From: Fonticula alba ATCC 38817
Taxonomy: Eukaryota > Protista > Nucleariida
Reading direction: 5' to 3' (one strand)
Length of the DNA stretch: 56,984 bases
Assembly: GCA_000388065.2 (NCBI GenBank)
Contig: KB932203.1
Under the pieces are notes generated by a model. That model saw only the letters and a list, made by a program, of their open reading frames with translations. It did no database searches and was not told the origin of the DNA. The position numbers and the translations under genes were made by a program. Positions 44,843 through 56,984 of the stretch are shown here, in pieces. The stretch's first letter is position 1, and every line of letters begins with the position of its first letter.

Positions 44843-46413
44843 TGTGAAGGGGAGGGGGGGGGCGGTAAGCGGGGGAGGGGACACAGCAATCGAGGGATGC
44901 TGAGGCTTACGTGGGGGTGGCGGCAAGTGGCGCGGCCGGGGCCAGCCTAGTCCCCTTTAGAAAAATACCTACGCCAGGGCCGGCCTCCGAGGCGAGACCC
45001 AGCGCCGGGGAGACGGGGGGGGCGCAGCGAGCCCGGCCGGCCAAGCCCCCCTCTCCCCTGCCCCTGCCGGGTGGGCTTCCTGGTTTCGCGAACCCGGAGG
45101 TCTGCCGGGGCACGCATCCGCGCGCGCGCGCCTGCGCCCGCGCCCGCGCCCGCGCACCTTCCACCCACTGGCCATGGTGCGGGCGGGCCCGCGCGTGCGC
45201 GCATAGTCGCTGCGCCTCGCCCCCCCTCCGCCCGGGCAGGGTATCTCCCTCGCGGCGGCGGCGGCGGCGGCGGCGGCCAGGACATGCCGGGCAACGCGCC
45301 CCGGGGCTCGTGGGCCGCGCTGGGGCACGACATTCATTGGGAGCAACGGCCCTCGTTTTCCAGGGCAGACGCGAGTGGAGCGGCGATGTGTCGCGTCCAT
45401 GCCAGGGCCGCCCTCCACTCGCAGGGCCGCCCCGGGTCCGGGGGGGGAAAAGAGGGTCGCCCGCGGGCATGAGCCCGCGCACATAGTGATGCCAACCGAG
45501 AGTGGTGATGAGAGCCGGACCCAGCGCGCCTCCGGCCGGCGGGGCAAGGGTTTCTCCCCGAGAGTTCGGCACGGGCGGCGAGGGCAGGGGGAGGCACACT
45601 CGCGCGCACACGCACACGCACACACACACACATGTGGACCGGCGACTAACGCCGGCACACAACAGGCATATACCCCCCTCCAGAGGGCCGGGGGGCTTCA
45701 AGCGTGCGAACGGCCTTCCCCCGCCAAGAGCATATGCACTTCTTGTCGGGGAGCCCAAAACCTAGGCATCCTCGCAGAATATATTAATATGATTTTTGTG
45801 TGCCCGCTCGCGCAAGGCAGTCCCCCCCCCCCCCCCCAATGGACGGAGACCTGCCTGGCCGCGAGAATCGCAGAGAAAGGCGCAGCAAGGCGAAGGGGGG
45901 ATGGACAAAAGCCAGCCGAGGGCGTTTCGGGTCGGGCCGCCCAGAGGAGAATGTCGTTTCGAGCAAAGATCACGCCCACCCAAAGCGAGCACATGCCCGA
46001 GAGGGAACCTGCCCACTGACGGCAGATGACAACCCACCAAACCACTCCCCCCCCCCCCGCCTGCGGGAGCCCAGCCGGGGAACTGCGCCCAGGGCGGGGG
46101 AGGGGGGTGCCGGCCAGGACCACGTTCCCCCCCCCCCCCCCGGTGCGTCCTGGCCGCGATCTGGGATCTTGCGCGCCATGTGCTGTGCGAGATGGGCCGG
46201 GACAGAGCCACATGCAGGTCCTTCTTTCTTCGCTCCGGCTGGCCTCCGGCTCGGCCGCAGGGCCGCCGCGTCCTCCCCCGACCGGCGTGCCGGGTCCTTG
46301 ACCCCCAAGACTGGGCCTACCGCCGCGGCCGAGGCGCGCGCCCAGATCCGATCAGCCCACCCTCTGCTCCCTCTGCCCGGTTGCCTCGCCTCCCTCGCCT
46401 CCCTGTTCCTTTC

Positions 46414-46414
<1 letters not shown>

Positions 46415-46484
<70 letters not shown>

Positions 46485-46499
46485 NNNNNNNNNNCCCCC
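46415..46499 (+). repeat. C homopolymer of at least 70 nt interrupted by a 10-N gap
   Basis: Read directly from the sequence. Confidence 0.85.
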
Positions 46500-47041
46500 G
46501 GTCCTGCTCCGTGGGGCCTCCCTTTGCGACACCGCCCCACACGCGCGCGCGCCCCCTCCATGCCCCCGTCCGCCCCCGACAGCGCCGCCATTGTGCCTCG
46601 TGACTCGACGACGACCACCCTCGGAAGCGAGCACGAGACACAATGGCCGGAAGAATCGCTCGCGCATGCACGCCCGAGAGAGAGAGAGAGATTGAATCAA
46701 AAAAGAAAACAAGAGAAAACACGCGAGTATTCCGGGACGCATATACGCACCCATGCGCATCCCTGCGACTTCCCGGACTCGCCCGGACGACAGGGCCGCC
46801 TGCGTGTCCCTGCCGGATCCTCTGCCCGCGCCTCCGCCCGCGGTGATGCATCACCCCGCCTCCGGAGCACGGCCAGAGCATCCGGCGCAGGCGGCACGCG
46901 CACCACACCCAGGCCCCGGGGCTGAACCCTCGCGGGTGGCCACCCGCGCGGGGACCTCCCCCCCCCCCCCCCCCCCCCCCCCCCCGCCCCCCCTGCGCCC
47001 CACTCCCATCACGCTCACACCACCAAGGGGACACGTCAGCA

Positions 47042-49598
<2,557 letters not shown>

Positions 49599-50580
49599 CA
49601 CGTGCAGTGACCCGATCCCGTGACATGTACCATTTTAGCATATACCCGCCATACTCGCCCTTCCCGGCCTGCCGCATTACCTAAATAGACTGGAAGGCCA
49701 AAAGCATAACCGCGGGCACCTGGCCCTGTTGCTGGCTCGCACACGCGCGTGCCGCGCAAGAGAGAGCAAGAGAGAGGGGGGGGGGGGTGTTACCCTCTTG
49801 GCCGTGTGCTGAGCTCTGTACCTCGCTGGCCTCCCGCCACTCCTCCCGGGTCGGGTCTCGCGCGTGTGCCTAGTCCCTATGCCTGGGGGAGAGGCGGGNN
49901 NNNNNNNNNNNNNNNNNNNNNNNNNNNNNNNNNNNNNNNNNNNNNNNNNNNNNNNNNNNNNNNNNNNNNNNNNNNNNNNNNNNNNNNNNNNNNNNNNNNG
50001 GGGGCGTGGGGGGCGGCGGAGGCCGTCCGCGCGGGTCCAGGCGGTCTGCCCTGCCCACGTCAGGGGTGTCGTCCCCCGTGGCCGGACCCCCGGGCTGCGG
50101 GCCCTTCCTCGGCCCACCTCGCCGACGCTCGCTCTGCGCCCGTGCCTGTCCCTCCCGTCCGCCCCCCTCCGTGAGGAGAGGGCCGGGGTGCGCGAAGATT
50201 TCGGCCCCCCCCCTGTGGTGGGATCGCCCCAACCCGCCCGCCTCATCGATGCCTCCCTCCTCCCTCGAGCCCTCCCTTTCTTTACTCGCGTCCCTTTCGC
50301 TCCACTCGCTCGTTGCGCATCCCCCTCCCGCCAACCCGCTGTATGTTCCTCCCTTTTCCTCCCTCTCCCTCCCGCTCCCTCTTTCTCCCCCCACCCGCCC
50401 GTCCACGTTTGACACACCGTCGCCTTGCGTTTGCTCCCGGTTCCGCGCCCTCCCGCCCGCTCACGTTTGTCCTCCTCCCCCCCCCCCCCCTCGCACCATG
50501 TCCTTTCGCCCCTCTTCTTGCCCTCCCTCTCTCTGCTCCCTTTTGTGCAGGGTTGTGCTTCGCCCTCCTCCCCCTTCACC

Positions 50581-53019
50581 ATGTCTGCCGACACCCTAGC
50601 CCTCTCTGAGCTTCAGCTCCACTCCATCAACCTTGATGAGAGTACGTCATCCTCGTCCCCTCGCTGCTGGGGGGCTCCTCCATCGCTCGCCTGGCTGGCC
50701 GCCCGCCTTCCGCCCGCTTCTCACCCCTCCCTCCCTCCCTCCCCTCTGCCACAGAGTTCCAGAATGTTGTTGTCATCTACAACACCCCGGTCGTGACCCA
50801 GGAGAAGTATGACCGCCTGATGCAGATCATCACCCTGAAGGTCCTCAGCAACATCGACTACATCAAGGGCACCCTGGAGATGCCCAAGACCTATGTCGAT
50901 GGCAGCACCGAGGAGTTCACCACCAAGGGCTTCTGCTTCGTGGCCTTCGACAACGCCGACAAGGCGGCCGACGCCGTGAAGAAGCTCGATGGCACCGCCT
51001 TCTCGGCCACCATCACCTTCTCGGCCATCCTCATGAGCGACGTGCCCAAGTACGCCAACCTGCCGGACGAGTTTGTTCCGCCCGAGATCTACCCCCTGAT
51101 CCCGAACGTGCGTCCGTTGCTGGCATCGCTGCCACCATGTATTTTTCTTTGTCTCTCTCTCTCTCTCTCCCCCCCCCTCCCCCCTCTGCCTGCCAGGGAG
51201 CGAGCTGCCATCCTTCTGTTTCCCCTTTTGTTGTTTCCCCCTTCCTCCCTTGGCTTACCTCTTCCTTCCGCCACTGTCCCCTTGTCGCTTGCTCCCCTCC
51301 TCTCGCCCCGGTCTCTGCCATGTGTGTGCCCGCCCGCAGGAGGAGAAGCGCAGCTGGCTGCTCGACTCCCGCCACCGCGACCAGTACGCCGTGCACTTCG
51401 ACGAGATCAACTCCATCCGCGTCTGCTGGGCCGGCGAGGAGCCGGAGCAGTGCGCCTTCCGTAACGTACGTCCCGTGCCTGCGCCCCGCCCCGCCCCGCA
51501 CCCCCCCCCTGCTCTCGGCCCCACCTCCGTCCCCATCGACTGACCCTGTCCCCCTCCCCCTCCTCCGGCCCCTCTTTCCTCGCCATAGAACTGGGTCGAC
51601 AGTGAGTTCAAGTGGTCCTCCAAGGGTACCTACCTTGGCACCGGTCACTCTCAGGGTGTGGCCCTGTGGTGTGGCAGCAACTGGACTCGTTTCCGCTACG
51701 CCCACCCGAAGATTTATGGCTTCGAGTTCTCGCCCAACGACAACTACCTGGTCACCTATTCCTTCGAGTCGATCATCATCTGGGAGTGCTCCACCGGCGA
51801 GGCCCTGCGCACCTTCACCCCCTCGGCCACCGGGTCGACCAATGTCCTGCGCTTCTCGCACGATGACCGCTACGTTGCCCGGGCCACCAGCGCCGGCCTG
51901 CAGATCTACGAGATCGCCAACAACGAGATCACCCTCCTCAACAAGAAGATCTACACGGTCGACCGCCTGGCCGACTTTGCCTGGTCGCCCACCGATAACA
52001 TGCTGGCCTACTGGGTGCCGGAGTCCGGCAACAGCCCGGCCTGCGTGAGCCTGCTGAATGTCCCCCGGCTGACTGTGGCCCGTACCAAGAGCCTGTTCAA
52101 TGTGTCGCACTGTGTGCTGGTTTGGCACCCGGATGGTGACTTCCTGGCCGTGCGCATCGACCGTTCCGGCAAGGTTGCCCTCAAGATCGCCGCCAACATC
52201 GAGGTCTTCTTCATTCGCGAGCGTCAGATCCCGGTCGAGTCGCTGGAGATCCCGGACAATGTGGTCAACTTCGCCTGGGAGCCCAAGGGGTCGCGCTTTG
52301 TCCTGGTCCGCGGTGTGGCCACCTACACCATCGACATTTACAATGTCGATGCCAAGGCTCGGACCTCCATTCAGAAGCTCAAGTCCCTGGAGCGCAAGTC
52401 CCACCGGTCCATCTCCTGGTCCCCGCGCGGGCAGTTTGTGGTGTTCGGCTCGCTGCGCATCATGCCGACCGAGAGTGCCCCGGGCACTTTCGAGATTTGG
52501 AACACCCACGATCTGGAGCTGGTGCACAACTCCTCCCACGACCAGGCCTCGCACCTTCTGTGGGACCCCAGCGGCCGGTACTTCGCTTCGGTGGTGTCCA
52601 TCCGCGATGGCAGCAACTCCGAGAACGGCTTCCGCATCTATGACTTCAAGGGCAAGATCCTGCACTCCGAGAAGCACTCCATGGTTCACCGGTTTGCTTG
52701 GCGCCCGCGCCCGGCCAGCCTGCTGAACGAGGAGCAGCGCGCCGGTGTCATGAAGAACATGCGCAAGTTCGCCCAGGAGTTCCGCCGCCAGGACGAGGCC
52801 CGCGGCTCGCGCGCCAAGACCGAGCTCCTCACCCGCCGCTACAACAGCCTGGTCGAGTGGAACCGCTTCCGCGAGGCGGCCATCGCCCGCAGCGAGGAGG
52901 ACCACGACCGCCGTGTTGCCCTGCTCGGCTTCGACCCGAGCCAGGTCCAGGAGGCCCCGGTCACCGTCCAGATGGAGTTCATCATCGAGGAGCGCACCAC
53001 CGTTCTGCCGAAGAACTAA
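50581..53019 (+). CDS. EIF3B: Translation initiation factor eIF3 subunit b (Prt1): RRM plus beta-propeller, multi-exon
   Basis: VVVIYNTPVVTQEKYDRL, TKGFCFVAF (RNP1), SWLLDSRHRDQY, WSSKGTYL, FSPNDNYLVTYS, LWDPSGRYF, ENGFRIYDFKGK and FAWRPRPASLL. Confidence 0.9.
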
Positions 53020-53784
53020 GAGGACTCCGTTTGCGTGCGCATATACTACATATCCATATATGTGTGTGTGTGTGTGCGCGCGCGCGTGCGAGAGGGCGCG
53101 ATTTCACGGTGCGCCGCCGGTGGCAGAGAGGCGGCCCCAGTACGGTGGGGTTTCCCCTTCCTTGTCTCTTTCCCGCCGTGTTCCGAGGCAATTCCTTCGG
53201 CCTGACGCGAGAGGGCGCGAGAAGAGTGGTCCAGGGTCGCCGGGCGCGCGCTTTCCTCCCGGCCTGTGCTGTGTCTCCCTCTTTGTGCCTCCATGTCCTT
53301 CTGTCTCTCCTCGCCCTCCCCTGCCCCACCTCCAAGGCGCCGTGTTTTCTTTGCCAAAAAAAATACACCCACAAACGCAAAGCACCCCTTCTCTTCCCTT
53401 TCTTTTGTGTTTTTCCGCGCTGGCGTTCCCCCCCCCCCCCCCCTGCATCCTTGGCCCTGCCTTTCCCCCGCACCCGGGCCTGTGTAACCTCCCCTCTGCC
53501 CGGGGAGGGGGTGCGGCGCTCGTGAGCATGTGGGAGTCAAGGTAGTGTATTGTATGTTGCATTCGTATGTGTATGTGTGAGAGGGAGAGGGAGAGAGAAA
53601 GGGAGGGTGAGAGGTGGGAGTGTGGGGGGAACGGGCTGGCAGAAGCGAGCCCGGCCGGGCCGGACACGCCGACACACGTGCGTGCACACATGCAAAGGAC
53701 AAAAAAGAAGGAGAAAGGGCACGCGCGGGCGCGGAAAGGCCGGGCCCCGTTGCAGGGGCGGCGACGGCGCCGTGAGGCCTCCTC

Positions 53785-56700
53785 TCAGCGCTTCCGGGGG
53801 GATCGCTTGGCGCGGGGGCCGCCGGGATGCCTCTTGCCGCGGCCGGCACCCCCCCGGGGGGAGCTGCTGCCACTGTTACTACCGCTGCCACTCCCAGGCG
53901 AGGCGAGGGGGGAGCCAGAATTTGAAGGGGGGCTCGCGGGCGTGGGCGCTGGAGCGGCCACCTGCTGCTGCTGCTGCTGCTGCATGAGCTGGCTGATGGG
54001 CTGGCTCAGGACCACGGTGGAGGTGCAGCCCGGGCCGCCGGCCTCCGGAGACAGGTCATCGCCACTGTCGCCGTCACTCGGACTGGCGGCGTCGCTGCTG
54101 TTGTCATTGTCAGCCACAGGGGGGGCCCCGGCGGCGCCCAGGCCCAGCGGGCTGCGCCGGGCCGGAGGCGACTCCAGGTCGATGCGGAGCTGGCTAATGG
54201 GCTTGGTCAGGACCACGGTGGAGGCGAAGCCCGGGGCGCCGGCGCCGCTGGGCAGACCATCCTCGCTGTCACTGCCACTGGGAGTGGGGAGGTTGTCACT
54301 GCCGCTGTCGGCGCCGGGCGAAGTTCCGGCGGGGCCCAGGCTAAGCGGGCTGCGCCGGGTCGTCGGCGTCCGCGACTCGGCGCGCAGCAATTGCGACAGG
54401 GGCTTGGTCAGGACCACGGTCGAGTCAAAGCCAGCCGGCCGGCCGGCCGCACCCGTATCCATCGACGCGGCGCCCTCATCATCGCTGGAGCTGAAGGGAT
54501 TGTCCTCGGCGTCATCTTCCTCATCGGCGGTCGAGCCGTCCGACGGCAGGGGCCGGGGCCGGGGCCCGGGCCCGCCACCCGGCGGCCGGATCGGCGAGTG
54601 CGTCATCACCACGGTCGACATCCGGGCCACCAGGAAATCATCGTCACTCTGATCGCTGGCATCCGAGTCGGTGTGCACCAATGACGAGGCATCCGTGATG
54701 GAGGGCATCACCGGGGCGGCGGCCAGGCGCCCGGCAGGGGATGAGGGCCCTCCTCCAGAGGGCGCCAGGCCAGGGAAGCGTGGCCGGTTGAAGTTGACCG
54801 TCGAGCCGAAGATGGCCGCCGTATTCCGGGTTTGCTGGCCGTCACTCTCGAAGCTGTTGGAGTTGCTGCTGCTCCTGCTGCTGCTGCTGCTGTTGGTGTG
54901 ATTGTTGCTGCCGCTGGCAAGGGGGGCACCCATGAAGGCGGGACTGCTGGCGCCGGCGCCGGCAGCGACGCCACCACTTCCAGCGAGCATGTCCTTCAGC
55001 GGTGGGCGGTTGAAAACGATGGTGGCGCCGAAGTTGGCACGCCCGGCTGGCCCGCTGGCGGTTCCGCCCTCATCGTCGCCGCTGTCGGAGAAGGCATCCC
55101 CATCGGAGGACCCGAAGGACGATGAGTGGCCGGCGTCTCGATCGAAGGCCGAGTTGCCGACATCATGCGGGTCTTCCTCCCCGCCCTCGGGCCCGAGCCC
55201 GGGATGGGTGTCATCCTCGCTATCCTCGCCCGGCTGCGGGGGGTTCAAAATGTCCAAGGCCATGCGCTTAACCAGCACCGACTTGTCATGCTGCGCCAGA
55301 TGCTGAATGATGCTGAGCATCTCCGCATCGCGCTGGATGAAGCCATGCACCCCGGCCGTGGGGGCCAGCTCGCCGCGGGCCACCAACGGCAAGGTGGCCG
55401 ATGCCAGCGAGGTCAAGATCTTCATGACCGACACGCGGACCTGGGCCTTGGGGACGAATGTCCGGCCCGGCTGGAAGGCCTTGCGCGCCAGGCCCCGCAG
55501 GAAGGCCGGCGAGAGGGCCAATGACCGGCGGACACCGGCCGCCAACATGACCACACGCTCGAAGCGGTCCAACAACCGCTCCAGCAGGGAATTCGCCGTG
55601 ACCCGGGTACACATGATGGCCACCAGGCAGGCAATGTGCTCTTCCTCCGAGAGGACCAGCTCCACGCGCTCGGTGTCCTCGGACAGCCAATCGGAAATGG
55701 CCTCCAGGGCGGCCATCTGCGTGTAGTCCAGATCCCGGTGGACCTGGGCCACGGCAGTTTGGCCGCGAGCCGCGCCCACCGCCGCCCCGGCGCTGGTGCT
55801 GCCGGCCGCCAGCTCCAGCAGCACCGCCAGGGCATCCTCCTTCCAGAGCATGTCCCGAGTGGCGGCCCCGGCCAGCGGCAAGACCACCAACACCGCCAGG
55901 GCCAAGTTCCGGATGGCCGACGCCCGGGCCAGTCGGGCCTGCAGACAACTCGTCAGGTGGGGAATGATGCCGGCCTCCGCGGCGGCAGCCTGCCGTGCGC
56001 GCGACAGACGGCACAGTCCAAAGAGGGCGGCCATGGCCTGGTGGCGAATCTCCGACACGTAATTCGAGGGGCCCCGCTGGGAAACCACGGCCTCATACTC
56101 GGTGGGGTAGAGGTCCAGCACCCGGACCAGGGTGGCAATGGCCCCGGCGCGTTCGAGGGCATCCTGGACATTGATGTCGGCCAGGGTGCGGACCATCTTC
56201 ACGCACTTGAGCAGCGCCGCACAGACGGCTGCATAGTGGGCATTGGTGCCGGTGGCGGCGGCCGCCCCGGTGCCATGGCCATCGGTCGCCAGAGGACCGA
56301 GCCCGGCATTCCCCGGCGATCCGGGCTCCTGTGCCTGAATATAATCGCAATGAGCATTCAGCTCCCCAAGCAGCACCAGCAGGACCGGCGCATTGCCGGC
56401 GCGCTTGGCCTGCTCCAGCAGCTGGCGCAGCCCGGCCGAGTCCAGGGTGGTCAGGGCCGCGGTGTTGCTCTGGAAGGCCGAGGCCGAGGAAACCGTCGAG
56501 GCGATCATGGCATCGCGCAGCTGAATCAGCGTCGTCAGCAGGTCCAGCACCAGCTCATAGTACTGGGGCAGGCGAGTGGCCACGGCGGCCAGAAGGTCGG
56601 CATCCGGCTGCTCATCGTCCAGCGTCACCCCGGCATCCAGGAGCAACTGCCGCTCGCTGGCCGCCGCATTTTCCTGGCGCATGGCCGGCAGCAGGGCCAC

Positions 56701-56940
56701 CAGCGACTGGATGAGCCCCTGGCTGCCGAACACTCGGCTGAGCTGGTTCTTGTTGATGGACATGGTGCCATCCTGCGGCCGGGGAGCCGACACACCATGG
56801 CTACCGGTGTGGTCCATCATGTACTTGATGCAGTCCAGCACCAGGAGGACGCGCTCGCGCGCCAGCAGCGCGCTCGGAGCCCCATACTTGGGCCAGTCGA
56901 GCATCTGCACAAGAGCCGCGGTACCGCGGCAAGAGATGAA
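53785..56940 (-). CDS. 3' exon (partial gene) of a SepH/Cdc7/MAP3K-epsilon-type SIN/MEN kinase: ARM-like C-terminal region plus a repetitive acidic tail. The kinase domain presumably lies outside the window.
   Basis: Acceptor gcgtag at 56941 opens FISCRGTAALVQML. AAAAEAGIIPHL, RDMLWKEDAL, ALEAISDWLSEDTERVE and SVLVKRMALDIL match recalled motifs FIACRGIPVLV, QAAENGIIPHL and VLVKQMATSLL of this family. Confidence 0.78.
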   Translation of the reverse strand, partial: FISCRGTAALVQMLDWPKYGAPSALLARERVLLVLDCIKYMMDHTGSHGVSAPRPQDGTMSINKNQLSRVFGSQGLIQSLVALLPAMRQENAAASERQLLLDAGVTLDDEQPDADLLAAVATRLPQYYELVLDLLTTLIQLRDAMIASTVSSASAFQSNTAALTTLDSAGLRQLLEQAKRAGNAPVLLVLLGELNAHCDYIQAQEPGSPGNAGLGPLATDGHGTGAAAATGTNAHYAAVCAALLKCVKMVRTLADINVQDALERAGAIATLVRVLDLYPTEYEAVVSQRGPSNYVSEIRHQAMAALFGLCRLSRARQAAAAEAGIIPHLTSCLQARLARASAIRNLALAVLVVLPLAGAATRDMLWKEDALAVLLELAAGSTSAGAAVGAARGQTAVAQVHRDLDYTQMAALEAISDWLSEDTERVELVLSEEEHIACLVAIMCTRVTANSLLERLLDRFERVVMLAAGVRRSLALSPAFLRGLARKAFQPGRTFVPKAQVRVSVMKILTSLASATLPLVARGELAPTAGVHGFIQRDAEMLSIIQHLAQHDKSVLVKRMALDILNPPQPGEDSEDDTHPGLGPEGGEEDPHDVGNSAFDRDAGHSSSFGSSDGDAFSDSGDDEGGTASGPAGRANFGATIVFNRPPLKDMLAGSGGVAAGAGASSPAFMGAPLASGSNNHTNSSSSSRSSSNSNSFESDGQQTRNTAAIFGSTVNFNRPRFPGLAPSGGGPSSPAGRLAAAPVMPSITDASSLVHTDSDASDQSDDDFLVARMSTVVMTHSPIRPPGGGPGPRPRPLPSDGSTADEEDDAEDNPFSSSDDEGAASMDTGAAGRPAGFDSTVVLTKPLSQLLRAESRTPTTRRSPLSLGPAGTSPGADSGSDNLPTPSGSDSEDGLPSGAGAPGFASTVVLTKPISQLRIDLESPPARRSPLGLGAAGAPPVADNDNSSDAASPSDGDSGDDLSPEAGGPGCTSTVVLSQPISQLMQQQQQQQVAAPAPTPASPPSNSGSPLASPGSGSGSNSGSSSPRGGAGRGKRHPGGPRAKRSPRKR
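54000..54430 (-). repeat. Three copies of the STVVLxxP motif at exact 201-nt (67-aa) spacing within the kinase tail
   Basis: ggaccacggt occurs at 54009-54018, 54210-54219 and 54411-54420, giving FDSTVVLTKPLSQL, FASTVVLTKPISQL and CTSTVVLSQPISQL. Confidence 0.85.
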
Positions 56941-56984
56941 CTACGCCACCGTGTGTGAGCCGACAGGGCGGGGGGAGGGGGGGG

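Noticed and set aside
45792-45798. ATTTTTG Sm-site-like motif
   Set aside because: No recognisable U1, U2, U4 or U5 sequence lies upstream; more likely part of an AT-rich promoter or polyadenylation patch.

Overview
This is a very GC-rich eukaryotic scaffold segment, not a prokaryotic one. It is gene-dense, with short spliceosomal introns (mostly 60-250 nt, GTRYGY donors), microsatellite-filled introns, long G/C homopolymers and six N gaps. The style suggests a unicellular opisthokont such as Fonticula alba (inference only). I reconstructed 15 protein-coding genes by hand from splice signals and remembered family motifs: TTI1-like; an intronless protein with five helix-turn-helix repeats and a probable mitochondrial presequence; a divergent 12-exon SCC2/NIPBL; a 2-TM YPPQ-repeat protein; a hypothetical nuclear protein; PIG-V; a C2-like/coiled-coil protein; TRMT2/Trm2; a RhoGAP; PPME1; a CENP-M homolog; ATP synthase delta; mitochondrial LysRS; eIF3b; and the 3' part of a SepH/Cdc7/MAP3K-epsilon kinase. 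The most interesting signals are: a tail of six periodic T-V-V-type motifs on the kinase (possible built-in Mob1-docking array), the five-HTH organellar protein, the hidden CENP-M, an intron bounded by a perfect 12-nt direct repeat, and a 7-nt micro-exon, GC-AG intron and Cys-motif inserts in SCC2. No tRNA, rRNA, CRISPR array or transposase was recognised. All homology calls come from recalled motifs, not database searches.
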